DNA of 64,000 nucleotides from Mobula hypostoma (GCF_963921235.1 NC_086097.1:255132001-255196000), one strand, 5' to 3'; shown: positions 34,069-47,422, counted from the first letter of the stretch. Numbers and translations: made by a program. The notes: generated by a model from the sequence alone, not told the origin.

Positions 34069-37003
34069 ATGAGGGTAGAAGCAAAAGGTAGTAAGGTGAA
34101 AAGTAAAAGTGGCAGGTCAACAAATCCAGGGCAAGCATCAAAAAGGGCCACTTTTCAACATAATTGTATAAGGGCTAAGAGAGTTGTAAAAGAGCGCCTG
34201 AAGGCTTTGTGTGTCAATGCAAGGAGCATTCGTAACAAGGTGGATGAATTAAAAGTGCAGATTGTTATTAATGAATATGATATAGTTGGGATCACAGAGA
34301 CATGGCTCCAGGGTGACCAAGGATGGGAGCTCAACATTCAGGGATATTCAATATTCAGGAGGGATAGACATGAAAGAAAAGGAGGTGGGGTGGCGTTGCT
34401 GGTTAGAGAGGAGATTAATGCAATAGAAAGGAAGGACATAAGCTGGGAAGATGTGGAATCGATAGGGGTAGAGCTGCATAACACTAAGGGGCAGAAAACG
34501 CTGGTGGGAGTTGTGTACAGGCCACCTAGCAGTGGTAGTGAGGTTGGGGATGGTATTAAACAGGAAATTTGAAATGTGTGCAATAAAGGAACAGCAGTTA
34601 TAATGGGTGACTGCAATCTACATGTAGATTGGGTGAACCAAATTGGTAAGAGTGCTGAGGAAGAGGATTTCTTGGAATGTATGCAGGATGGTTTTTTGAA
34701 CCAACATGTTGAGGACCAACTAGAGAGCAGGCTATTCTAGACTGGGTATTGAGCAATGAGGAAGGGTTAATTAGCAATCTTGTCGTGAGAAGCCCCTTGG
34801 GTAACAGTGACCATAATATGGTGGAATTTTTCATTTAGATGGAGAGTGACATAGTTAATTCAGAAACAAAGCTTCTGAATTTAAAGAAGGGTAACTTTGA
34901 AGGTATGAGACGTGAATTAGCTAAGATAGACTGGCAAATGACATTTAAAGGGTTGACGGTGGATATGCAATGGCAAGCATTTAAAGATCGCATGGATGAA
35001 CTACAACAATTGTTCATCCCAGTTTGGCAAAAGAATAAATCAAGGAAGGTAGTGCACCCGTGGCTGACAAGGGAAATTAGGGATAGTATCAATTCCAAAG
35101 AAGGAGCATACAAATTAGCCAGAAAAAGTGGCTCACCTGAGGACTGGGAGAAATTCAGAGTTCAGCAGAGGAGGACAAAGGGCTTAATTAGGAAGGGGAA
35201 AAAAGATTATGAGAGAAAACTGACAGGGAACATAAAAACTGACTGTAAAAACTTTTATAGATATGTGAAAAGAAAAAGATTGGTTAAGACAAATGTAGGT
35301 CCCCTACAGACAGAAACGGGTGAATTGATTATGGGGAGCAAGGACGTGGCAGACCAATTGAATAATTACTTTGGTTCTGTCTTCACTAAGGAGAACATAA
35401 ATAATCTTCCGGAAATAGTAGGGGACAGAGGGTCCAGTGAGATGGAGGAACTGAGGGAAATACATGTTAGTAGGGAAGTGGTGTTAGGTAAATTGAAGGG
35501 ATTAAAGGCAGATAAATCCCCAGGGCCAGATGGTCTGCATCCCAGAGTGCTTAAGGAAGTAGCCCAAGAAATAGTGGATGCATTAGTGATAATTTTTCAA
35601 ATCTCTTTAGATTCTGGACTATTTCCTGAGGATTGGAGGGTAGCTAATGTAACCCCACTTTTCAAAAAAGGAAGGAGAGAGAAACCAGGGAATTATAGAC
35701 CGGATAGCCTAACATCGGTGGTGGGGAAATTGCTAGAGTCAGTTATCAAAGATGTGATAACAGCACATTTGGAAAGCGGTGAAATCATCGCACAAAGTCA
35801 GCATGGATTTGTGAAAGGAAAATCATGTCTGACGAATCTCATAGAATTTTTTGAGGATGTAACTAGTAGAGTGGATAGGAGAGAACCAGTGGATGTGGTA
35901 TATTTGGATTTTCAAAAGGCTTTTGACAAGGTCCTACACAGGAGATTAGTGTGCAAACTTAAAGCACACGGTATTGGGGGTATGGTATTGATGTGGATAG
36001 AGAATTGGTTGGCAGACAGGAAGCAAAGAGTGGGAATAAACGGGACCTTTTCAGAATGGCAGGCAGTGACTAGTGGGGTACCGCAAGGCTCAGTGCTGGG
36101 ACCCCATTTGTTTACAATATATATTAATGACTTGGATGAGGGAATTAAGTGCAGCATCTCCAAGTTTGCAGATGACACGAAGCTGGGCGGCAGTGTTAGC
36201 TGTGAGGAGGATGCTAAGAGGATGCAGGGTGAGTTGGATAGGTTGGGTGAGTGGGCAAATTCATGGCAGATGCAATTTAATGTGGATAAATGTGAAGTTA
36301 TCCACTTTGGTGGCAAAAACAGGAAAACAGATTATACCTGAATGGTGGCCGATTAGGAAAAGGGTAGGTGCAATGAGACCTGGGTGTCATTATACACCAG
36401 TCATTGAAAGTGGGCATGCAGGTACAGCAGGCGGTGAAAAAGGCGAATCGTATGCTGGCATTTATAGCAAGAGGATTCGAGTACAGAAGCAGGGAGGTAC
36501 TACTGCAGTTGTACAAGGCCTTGGTGAGACCACACCTGGAGTATTGTGTGCAGTTTTGGTCCCCTAATCTGAGGAAAGACATCCTTGCCATAGAGGGAGT
36601 ACAAAGAAGGTTCACCAGATTGATTCCTGGGATGGCAGGACTTTCATATGATGAAAGACTGGATGAACTAGGCTTATACTCGTTGGAATTTAGAAGGTTG
36701 AGGGGGGATCTGATTGAAACATATAAAATCCTAAAGGGATTGGACAGGCTAGATGCAGGAAGATTGTTCCCGATGTTGGGGAAGTCCAGAATGAGGGGTC
36801 ACAGTTTGAGGATAAAGGAGAAGCCTTTTAGGACTGAGATTAGGAAAAACTTCTCCACACAGAGAATGGTGAATCTGTGGAATTCTCTGCCACAGGAAAC
36901 AGTTGAGGCCAGTTCATTGGCTATATTTGAGACAGAGTTAGATATGGCCCTTGTGGCTAAAGGGATCAGGGGGTATGGAGGGAAGGCTGGTACAGGGTCC
37001 TGA
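34069..37003 (+). pseudogene. CR1 ORF2 (apurinic-type endonuclease plus reverse transcriptase), disrupted
   Basis: [25 protein letters not shown] and FADD in ORFs 34069..34572, 34839..36341 and 36404..37003. Confidence 0.93.
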
Positions 37004-37590
37004 GTTGGATGATCAACCATGATCATACTGAATGGTGGTGCAGGCTCGAAGGGCCGAATGGCCTACTCCTGCACCTATCTTCTATGTTTCTATATTTCTA
37101 TTATCTATTGTCCATTCTCGTGGCCCCCTCTGGCTCTCCTAATGTCATTCTTATGCTTCTTCCTGCTACCCTTATAATCTTCTAGATCTCTATCATTACC
37201 TAGTTTATTGAACCTTTTGTAAGCTTTTCTTTTCTTCTTGACTAGATTTTCAACTGCCTTTGTGCACCATGGATCCAGTAATCGAGCATCCTTTCCCTGT
37301 CTCATTGCAATGTACCTATGCAGAACTCCACACAAATGTCCTCTGAATAGTTGCCACATTTCTGCCGTACATTTCCCTGAGAATATCTGTTCCCAATTTA
37401 TGAGAAAGCACCCTAAACGACCAGACATACTGTAAAAATATTTGGATAGATGTCTAGTGATTAAGGATAGTCAACATGGCTTTGTGCCTGGCTGGACATA
37501 TCCGACCAATCTTATAGCTATTTGAAGGTCATAAGGCCATAAGATATAGGAAGCAGAATTAGGCCATTTGGCCCATCGAGTCTGCCATAG

Positions 37591-37695
37591 AGCCTCACCT
37601 TTTTTCCTCCAAACATAACGATGGTCATTATGGCCAAGCAGTTCAATTTTTGTTTCATCAGACCAGAGGACATTTCTCAAAAAAGTAAGATCTTT
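37591..37695 (-). mobile_element. Tc1/mariner transposase fragment
   Basis: NVLWSDETKIELLGHNDHRYVWRKKGEA (first catalytic Asp, WSDE motif). Confidence 0.85.
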
Positions 37696-37751
37696 GCCAT
37701 AGATGCCGCCTGGCCTGCTGAGTTCTTCCAGCATTTTGTGTGTGTTGCGTA

Positions 37752-38253
37752 CGTTATAATCGATCTCCTTTTCTCCACATCATCTAGGCTGTGGACTACT
37801 CTCTGGTAACTAATTGCTTAAACAGTTTCCTAGGATCATCTCCGGGCATATATGTCCCAATATCCTGTGCAATATCCCTCAGTTACTGTACTCCGAACGG
37901 TTATATGTTATATTCTGCTTTTGATTTCCTGCCCCACAGCTCGCTCTCCGCTAGTAACTAGGGGAGTCAGTCAGTAGACATTTTTGGTTATACGTCGGTG
38001 GGTGATCCTCCAATGGAATCTGCTCATTATAACCATATCTGGTCACCTTATCTGCGAAGTCATTCCAATCCATATCTCCATATTTATTCTCCTCCCCTCT
38101 TTCAGCTTCAAAAGCACATATTATTTCTTTCTGTGCAGCAAGCTGGTCCTGCAGCTTCTGTATCTGCTTTAAACACTTCATATGATCGCTGGTATTGCAT
38201 TTGTTCTCGTGTACTGATTTCTGCTTTTAAATCACTGCACTGTTTCGTTATTA
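37752..38253 (-). mobile_element. Possible gag-like fragment of an LTR retroelement
   Basis: Coiled-coil-like KQIQKLQDQLAAQK followed by PFGVQ*LRDIAQDIGTYMPGDDP; resemblance from recall only. Confidence 0.4.
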
Positions 38254-38254
38254 G

Positions 38255-40298
38255 ACCATAAGACCATAAGACCATGAGGCAAAGGAAAAGAATTAGGCCA
38301 TCGAGTCTGCTCTGCCATTCAATCACAGCTGATCCTTTTTTTTTCTCCTCCTCAACCCCAGTTCCCAGCCTTCTTCCCTTAACCTTTGATGCCATGTCCA
38401 ATCAAGAACCTGTCAACCTCTGCCTTAAATATGCCCAACGACCTGACCTCCACAGCTGCATGTGGAAACAAATTCCATAAATTTACCACCCTCTGGCTAA
38501 AGAAATTTCTCTGCATCTCTGTTCTAAAATGACACCCCTCTATCCTGAGGCTGTGCCCTCTTGTCCAAGACTCTCTCACTATGCGAAACATCCTTTCCCC
38601 ACCTACTCTGTCTAGGCCTTTCAACATTCGAAAGGTTTCAGTGAGATTCCCCTCATCCTTCTGAATTCCGGCGAGTACAGACCCAGAGCCATCAAAACGT
38701 TCCTCGCATGATAACCCTTTCATTCCTGGAATCATCCTTGTGACCCTCCTCTGGACCCTCTCCAATGCCAGCACATCTTTTCTAAGTTGAGGAGCCCAAA
38801 ACTGTTCACAATACTCAAGGTGAGGCCTCACCTGTGCCTTATAAAGTCTCAGCATCACATCCTGCTCTTGTATTCTAGACCTCTTGAAATGAATGTTAAC
38901 ATGGCATTTGCCTTCCTCACCACTGACTCAGCCTGGAAGTTAACCATCAGGGTATTCTGCACAAGGACTCCCAAGTCCCTCTGCATTTCAGATTCCTGGA
39001 TTTTCTCCCTGTCTAGAAACTAGTCTGCACATTTATTTCTACCACCAAACTGCATGACTATGCATTTTCCAACATTGTATGTTGTTTTCCACTTTGTTGC
39101 CCATTCTCCTAATCTGTCTACATCCTTCTGCATCCTACCTGTTCCCTCAACACCACCTGCCCCTCCACCAGTCTTCAACTCATCTGCAAAGTTGGCAACA
39201 AAGCCGTCTATTCCATCATCTAAATAATTTATATACAGCATAAAAAAGAAGTGGTCCCAACACCGACCCCCGTGGAACATCACTAGTCACTGGCAGCCAA
39301 CCAGAAAAGGATCCTTTTATTCCCACTCGCTGCCTCCTACCAATCAGCCAATGCTCTAACCATGTTAGTGACTTTCCTGTAATGCCATGGGCTCTTAACT
39401 TGGTAACCAGCCTCATGTGTGGCACCTTGTCAAAGGCCTTCTGAAAGTCCAAATATACAACATCCACTGTATCCTCTATATCTATCCTACTCATAATCTC
39501 TTCAAACAGCTTTGTCAGGCAGGATTTTCCCTGAAGGAAACCATGCTGACTTTGTACGACCTTGTCCAGTGTCACCAAGTACTCCATCAGCTCTTCCTCA
39601 ACAATTGACTCTAACATCTTCCCAACCAATGAGGTCAGACTAACTGGTCTATAATTTCTTTTCTGCTGCCTTCCTCCTTTCTTAAAGGGTGGAGTAACAT
39701 TTGCAATTTTCCAGTCATATTTCATCTTTGCCCTTCTCATGTTTTAAACACTTCCCAATCCTCTATCCACTAATTTTTGCTTTGTTGTATGCTCTTACTT
39801 TTTCCTTTACAATAGCTTTGACTTCCCTTGTCAGCCGCGGTTGTACTATTTTACCATTTAAGTATTTCTTCATTTTTGGAATGAATATGTCCTACATCTT
39901 CCTCATTTTTTCCAGAAACACACGCCATTGCTGCTCTGCTGAAATCCCTGCCAGCAACTCCTTAAAATTTACTTGGGTCAACTCCTCTCTCATACAACTG
40001 TAATTTCCCTTACTCCACTGAAATACTGCTACATCAGACTTTACTTTCTCCCTGTCAAATTTCAAGTTGAACACAATCATATTCTGATCACTGGTTCCTA
40101 AGGGTTTTTTTATACCTTAAGCTCCCTAATTGCCTCCGGTTCATTACATAACACCCAATCCAGTATAGCTGATCCCCTAGTAGGCTCAGCAACAAACTGC
40201 TCTTAAAAGCCATCTCTTAGGCATTCAACAAATTCACTCTCTTGAGATCCATTACCAACCTAATTTTCCCAATAGACCTGCATGTTAAAATCTCCCAT
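38255..40298 (-). mobile_element. CR1 fragments
   Basis: ORFs 38379..38858, 39216..39740 and 39892..40080; (TCTTATGG)n tail. Confidence 0.92.
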
Positions 40299-40429
40299 TT
40301 ATCTCTATTCAAGATTTGAATAGATCAGCAGAAAGCCGTTGATTAGACAATCAAGATTTGAATAGCTCAGACTCAGCAGAAAGTAGCTGATTGGGCAGTC
40401 GAGGTCAGGTCACCAAGCATTTTGAAAAA

Positions 40430-41090
40430 CTCAAACAACAGGAATTCTGCAGATGCTGGAAATTCAAGCAACACGCATCAAAGTTGCTGGTGAACGCAGC
40501 AGGCCAGGCAGCATCTCTAGGAAGAGCTACAGTCGATGTTTCGGGCCGAGACCCTTCGTCAGGACTAACTGAAAGAAGAGTTAGTAAGAGATTTGAAAGG
40601 GGGAGGGGGAGGAGGAGATCCAAAATGATAGGAGAAGACAGGAGGGGGAGGGATGGAGCCAAGAGCTGCACAGGTCATTGGCAAAGGGGATATGAGAGGA
40701 TCATGGGACAGGAGGTCTGGGGAGAAAGACGGGGATGGGGGAGAGGAAGAAAATGGAGAGAGAGAGAGAAAGAATGTGTGTATATAAATAAATAATGGAT
40801 GGGGTACGAGGGGGAGGTGGGGCATTAGCGGAAGTTAGAGAAGTCAATGTTCATGCCATCAGGTTGGAGGCTACCCAGACGGAATATAAGGTGTTGTTCC
40901 TCCAACCTGAGTGTGGCTTCATCTTTACAGTAGAGGAGGCCGTGGATAGACATGTCAGAATGGGAATGAGATGTGGAATTAAAATGTGTGGCCACTGGGA
41001 GATCCTGCTTACTCTGGCGGACAGAGCGTAGGGGTTCAGCAAAGCGGTCTCCCAGTCTGCATCGGGTCTCGCCAATATATAGAAGGCCAC
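40430..41090 (-). mobile_element. Penelope-like fragment (GIY-YIG C-terminus plus pseudo-LTR)
   Basis: CGLLYIGETRCRLGDRFAE...PVATHFNS...LEEQHLIFRLGSLQPDGMN; hammerhead-like motif at 40531-40566. Confidence 0.9.
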
Positions 41091-43165
41091 ATGAGGGATA
41101 AATAGAGGGGTAGCTCAAACAGAGCGGCCTGTGGAAAGTGGCCAGTGAGTGAGTGGGCCAGTGAAGGAGTGGATCGTTGAGGCTTTGACTGGAGAGGCTT
41201 CGACGAGAAGAGGCGGAGGACAAGCTAGCTCGAAGTTAGTCTTTACAATGCCTCCTGAGACGGTGATGTGCCTCTCATGTGAGATGTGGCATTCTTGGGG
41301 GAACGCCCCCTCTCCCGCAGAGTCACATCTGCCAGAAGTGCATACGGCGGGGCGATCTGGACGATCGTGTAAGGAATCTGGAGCAGCACCTGGATGACCT
41401 TCAACTCGTAAAGAAGAATGAGGCAGTCATAGATGAGAGCTACGGGGGTGGTAGTCACACCTAGGCTGTCGGAAGCAGGTCGTTGGGTGACAGTCAGAGG
41501 GGGGAAAGTGAAGGTGAGCAGACAGGTAGTGCAGAGCACCCCTGTAGCTATTCCCCTGAACAATAAGTTTACCGTCTTGGATACTGTTGACGGGGACGAC
41601 CGACCAGGTGTGAGCCACGGTGGCAGGGCCTCCGGCACTGAGTCTGACCCTGTGGTGCAGAAGGGTGGGACGGAGAAGAGGAGAGCTGTCGTCATTGGGG
41701 ACTCTATAGTCAGGGGAGCAGACAGGAGATTTTGTGGACGTGAGAAGGACACCCGCATGGTTTGTTGCCTCCCGGGTGCCAGGGTCTGGGATGTCTCTGA
41801 CTGGGTGCACGACATCCTAGTACGAGAGGGAAAGCAACCAGAAGTCGTGATACATGTTGGGAACAACGATATAGGCAGGAAGAGGGATGAGGTCCTGAAG
41901 CGTGAGATTCGGGAACTAGGCAGAAGGCTGAAGAACAGGACCTCAAGGGTGGCGTTCTCAGGATTGCTGCCAGTGCTACGTGACAGTGATGGTAAGAATT
42001 GGAGTAGATGGCAGTTGAATGTGTGGCTGAGGAGTTGGTGCAGGGAGAAGGGTTTTAGATTTTTGGATAATTGGAATCTCTTCTGGGGAAGGTGGGACCT
42101 GTACAGATTGGATGGGTTGCACCTGAACTTGAGGGGGAGCAATATTCTTGCAGGTAGGTTTGCTAGCACGGTTCAGGAGGGTTTAAACCAATTTGCAAGG
42201 GGGATGGGACCCAGAGCGATAGAGCAGTGAAAGAAGTGCATGGAGTAAATCCAGATCTAACATATAGAGAGGTTTTGAGGAAAGAGAAGCAGAATAAACG
42301 GTGTAAAGACAGTAAGGTAGAAGGGCTGAAATATGTGTACCTCAGTGCAAGAAGCATCAGGAACAAAGGTGATGAACTGAGAGCTTAGATACATACATGG
42401 AATTATGATGTTGTGGCCATTACAGAGACTTGGCTGGTACCAGGGCAGGAATGGATTCTCAATATTCCTGGATTTCAGTGCTTTAAGAGGGATAGAGAAG
42501 GTGGAAAAAGGGGAAGAGGGGTGGCATTACTGGTCAGGGATACTATTGCAGCTACAGAAAGGGTGGGTAATGTAGCGGGATCCTCTTTTGAGTCAGTATG
42601 GGTGGAAGTCAGGAACAGGAAGGAAGCAGTTACTCTATTGGGGGTATTCTATAGGCCCCTTGTTAGCAGCAGAGATGCAGAGGAGAAGATTGGGAGGCAG
42701 ATTTTGGAAAGGTGCAAAAATAGCAGGGTTGTTATCATGGGTGACTTTAACTTCCCTAATATTGATTGGCACCTGATTAGTTCCAAGGGTTTAGATGGGG
42801 CAGAGTTTAAGTGTGTCCAGGATGGATTCCTGTCACAGTATGTGGACAGGCCGACTAGGGGGAATGCCATACTAGATCTAGTACTAGGTAATGAACCGGG
42901 TCAGGTCACAGATCTCTCAGTGGGTGAGCATCTGGGGGACAGTGACCACCGCTCCCTGGCCTTTAGCATTATCATGGAAAAGGATAGAATCAGAGAGGAC
43001 AGGAAAATTTTTAATTGAGGAAGGGCAAATTATGAGGCTATAAGGCTAGAACTCGCGGGTGTGAATTGGGATAATGTTTTTGCAGGGAAATGTACTATGG
43101 ACATGTGGTCGATGTTTAGAGATCTCTTGCAGGATGTTAGGGATAAATTTGTCCCAGTGATGAAG
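41091..43165 (+). mobile_element. CR1 5' portion (UTR, esterase ORF1, APE); continues at ~46088-46580
   Basis: ORF 41433..42230 (GDSIVRG, HVGNND, DGLHLN) and ORF 42413..43018. Confidence 0.9.
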
Positions 43166-46087
43166 GAATGAAAGGTGGGGGCGTGGCATTGCTTGTCAGG
43201 GAAAATATTACAGCAGTGTTCAGCCAGGACAGATTAGAGGGCTTGCCTACTGAGTCCTTATGGGTGGAGCTGAGAAGCAGGAAAGGTATGGCCACATTAG
43301 TGGGATTGTATTACAGACTACCCAATAGTCAACGAGACTTGGAAGAGCAAATCTGCAGAGAGATAGCAGACAACTGCAGGAAACATAAAGTTGTGGTGGT
43401 AGGGGATTTTAATTTTCCATACATTGATTGGGACCTCCATACTGTTAGAGGTCTAGATGGTTTAGAGTTTGTAAAATGTGTTCAGGGTCACAGTTTGAGG
43501 ATAGAGGGGAAGCCTTTTAGGACCGAGATTAGGAAAAACTTCTTCACACAGAGAGTGGTGAATCTGTGGAATTCTCTGCCACAGCAAACTGTTGAGGCCG
43601 GTTCATTGGCTGTGTTTAAGAGGAAGTTAGATATGGCCCTTGTGGCTACAGGGGTCAGGGGGTATGGAGGGAAGGCTGGGTTCTGAGTTGGATGATCAGC
43701 CATGATCATAATAAATGGCGGTGCAGGCTCGAAGGGCCGAATGGCCTACTCCTGCACCTATTTTCTATGTTTCTATGTTTCTATGAAACGAGTTAGGACA
43801 AGTGACGCAAGTCTGTGCAGGGGAGTACTTTGGTTCCAGTGATCATAACACCATTAGTTTCAACTTGATCATGGACGAGGATAGATCTGGTCCTAGGGTT
43901 GAGGTTCTGAACTGGAAAAAGGCCAAATTTGAAGAAATGAGAAAGGATCTAAAAAGCGTGGATTGGGACAGGTTGTTCTCTGGCAAAGATGTGATCAGTA
44001 GGTGGGAAGCCTTCAAAGGGGAAATTTTGAGAGTGCAGAATTTGTATGTTCCTGTCAGGATTAAAGGCAAAGTGAATAGGAATAAGGAACCTTGGTTCTC
44101 AAGGGATATTGCAACTCTGATAAAGAAGAAGAGGGAGTTGTATGACATGTATAGGAAACAGGGAGTAAATCAGGTGCTTGAGGAGTATAAGAAGTGCAAG
44201 AAAATACTTAAGAAAGTAATCAGGAGGGCTAAAAGAAGACATGAGGTTGCCTTGGCATTCACAGTGAAGGATAATCCAAAAAGCTTTTACAGGTATATTA
44301 AGACCAAAAGGATTGTAAGGGATAAAATTGGTCCTCTTGAAGATCAGAGTGGTCGGCTAGGTGCGGAACGAAAGGAAATGGGGGAGATCTTAAATAGGTT
44401 TTTTGCATCTGTATTTACTAAGGAAACTGGCATGAAGTCTATGGAATTGAGGGAATCAAGTAGTGAGACCATGGAAACTGTACAGATTGAAAAGGAGGAG
44501 GTGCTTGCTGCCTTGAGGAAAATTAAAGTGGATAAATCCCCGGGACCTGACAGAGTGTTCCCTCGGACCTTGAAGGAGACTAGTGTTGAAATTGCGGGGG
44601 ACCTGGCAGAAATATTTAAAATGTCGCTGTCTACGTGTGAGGGGCCGGAGGATTGGAGAGTGGCTCATGTTGTTCCGTTGTTTAAAAAAGGATCGAAAAG
44701 TAATCTGGGAAATTATAGGCTGGTGAGTTTAACGTCGGTAGTAGGTAAGTTATTGGAGGGAGTACTAAGAGACAGAATCTACAAGCATTTGGATAGACAG
44801 GGACTTATTAGGGAGAGTCAACATGGCTTTGTGTGTGGTAGGTCATGTTTGATAATCTATTGGAGTTTTTCGAGGAGGTTACCAGGAAAATGAATGAAGG
44901 GAAGGCAGTGGATATTGTCTACATGGATTTCAGTAAGGCCTTTGACAAGGTCCCGCATGGGAGGTTAGTTAGGAAAATTCAGTCGCTAAGTATACATGGA
45001 GAGGTGGTAAATTGGATTAGACAATGGCTCACTGGAAGAAGCCAAAGAGTGGTGGTAGAAAATTGCTTCTCTGAGTGGAGGCCTGTGACTAGTGGTGTGC
45101 CACAGGGATCAGTGCTGGGTCCATTGTTATTTGTCATCTATATCAATGATCTGGATGATAATGTGGTAAACTGAATCAGCAAATTTGCTGATGATACAAA
45201 GATTGGAGGTGTAGTAAACAGTGAGGAAGGTTTTCAGAGCCTGCGGAGGAACTTGGACCAGCTGGAAAAATGGGCTGAAAAATGGCAGATGGAGTTTAAT
45301 ACAGACAAGTGTTAGTTATTGCACGTTGGAAGGACAAACCAAGGTAGAACATACAGGGTTAATGGTAAGGCACTGAGGAGTGCAGTAGAACAGAGGGATC
45401 TGGGAATACAGGTACAAAATTCCCTGAAAGTGGCGTCACAAGTAGATAGGGTCGTAAAGAGAGCTTTTGGTACATTGGCCTTTTATTAATCAAAGTATTG
45501 AGTATAAGAGCTGGAATGTTATGATGAGGTTGTATAAGGCATTGGTGAGGCTGAATCTGGAGTATTGTGTTCAGTTTTGGTCACCAAATTACAGGAAGGA
45601 TATAAATAAGGTTGAAAGAATGCAGAGAAGGTTTACAACGATGTTGCCAGGACTTGAGAAACTCAGTTACAGAGAAAGGTTGAATAGGTTAGGACTTTAT
45701 TCCCTGGAGCATAGAAGAATGAGGGGAGATTTGATAGAGTTATATAAAATTATGATGGGTATAGATAGAGTGAATGCAAGCAGGCTTTTTCCACTGAGGC
45801 AAGGGGAGAAAAAAACCAGAGGACATGGGTTAAGGGTGAGGGGGGAAAAGTTTAAAGGGAACATTAAGGAGGGCTTCTTCACACAGAGAGTGGTGGGAGT
45901 ATGGAATGAGCTACCAGAAGAGGTGGTAAGTGCGGGTTCTTTTTTAACATTTAAGAATAAATTGGACAGATACATGGATGGGAGATGTATGGAGGGATAT
46001 GGTCCGTGTGCAGGTCAGTGGGACTAGGCAGAAAATGGTTCGGCACAGCCAAGAAGGGCCAAAAGGCCTGTTTCTGTGCTGTAGTTT
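43166..46087 (+). mobile_element. CR1 (APE-RT-3' UTR) nested in another CR1, containing a 3' fragment at ~43486-43785
   Basis: ORFs 43168..43686, 43802..44893, 44845..45174 and 45467..46027; (TTTCTATGG)n tail. Confidence 0.9.
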
Positions 46088-46579
46088 CTATGGTTTCTAT
46101 GGTTTCTATAAAGAATGGTCGGGTGAAGGAACCATGGGAGACAAGTGAGGTGGAAAATCTAGTCAGGAGGAAGAAGGCAGCATACATGAGGTTTAGGAAG
46201 CAAGGATCAGATGGGTCTATTGAGGAATATAAGGAAGCCAAAAAGGAGCTTAAGAACGGGCTGAGAAGAGCAAGAAGGGGGCATGAGAAGGCCTTGGCGA
46301 GTTGGGTAAAGGAAAACCCGAAGGCATTCTTCAATTATGTGTAGAAAAAAAGGATGACAGGAGTGAAGGTAGGACCGATTAGAGATAAAGGTGGGAAGAT
46401 GTGCCTGGAGGCTGTGGAAGTGAGCGAGGTCCTCAATGAATACTTCTCTTTGGTATTCACCAATGAGAGGGAACTTGATGATGGTGAGGACAATATGAGT
46501 GAGGTTGATGTTCTGGAGCATGTTGATATTAAGGGAGAGGAGGTGTTGGAGTTGTTAAAATACATTGGGACGGATAAGT

Positions 46580-46960
46580 CTCCAACTTCCGGTAATTCCC
46601 TCCACCTCCCTCCCTCTTTCCCAATGCCACTCTGCCCCCTCCCCCAGCTGCCTATCACCTCCCTCATGGTTCCGCCTCCTTCTGCTACCCATTGTGTTTT
46701 CCCCTATTCTTCACCTTACCTGCCTATCCCCTCCCTGCTTCCCCTCCCCCACCCCTGTATCTTTCCCCTTACTGGTTTTTCACCTGGAACCTACCAGCCT
46801 TCTCCTTCCCACCCTCCCCCCACCTTCTTTATAGGGCCTCTACCCCTTCCCTCTGCAGTCCTGACGAAGGGTTCTGGCCCGAAACATTGACTGATCGTTT
46901 CCATGGATGCTGCCTGATGTGCTGAGTTCCTCCAGCGTGTTGTGAGTATTTCTGCTTGTT
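46580..46960 (+). mobile_element. Penelope-like 3' end with decayed hammerhead (46856-46893)
   Basis: TCCAACTTCCGGTAA (SNFR*), pyrimidine tract, CAGTC-CTGACGAAGGGTTCTGGCCCGAAACATT-GACTG. Confidence 0.82.
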
Positions 46961-47040
46961 CATTGTTCCTCCTTGTAGTTATGGGCATGCATTTCTATTT
47001 GTGGCACAAAGCGAAGGAAAAGATGTTTGACCAATGCACT

Positions 47041-47113
47041 GGGGAGTTAGCTCAAATGGTAGAGCTCTGGCTTAGCATGTGAGAGGTAGCAGGATCGATG
47101 TCGGCGTTCTCCA
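47041..47113 (+). pseudogene. tRNA-Ala (AGC), full length with stem mismatches
   Basis: GGGGAGTTAGCTCAAATGGTAGAGCTCTGGCTTAGCATGTGAGAGGTAGCAGGATCGATGTCGGCGTTCTCCA; anticodon and T stems disrupted; T-run follows. Confidence 0.85.
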
Positions 47114-47422
47114 TTGATCTTTTGAATTCAGACCATCTTACTGTCATAGAATTGCTGCATTGCCTGAAGGTGCAAGGAGGAGGGGTGAGAGGGCAAGGAA
47201 ATGGTGTCAGTTACTGCAAAGGAGAATATGTTGTGTTAGTTCTGCAGGTTTGAAAGGAGAGATGTGAAGAAGATAACTGATAAGTGATGTTTAAGTGAAG
47301 GTTGAGGTGTCAGGAGAAGAGTCAGGGGTAAATCAGGTGGAAGGTAATAAACCATTTGCCTGGGAAGAAGGGTGAAAGCAGCACCTGGCAAAGCATGCAA
47401 GAGAAAGGGCACAGGACATTAA

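Larger units (their letters stand above)
32727..37100 (+). mobile_element. Near full-length CR1 LINE with few disabling mutations
   Basis: GC-rich 5' UTR, ORF1, ORF2 (APE plus RT), 3' UTR and TTCTATGT-type tail. Confidence 0.95.
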
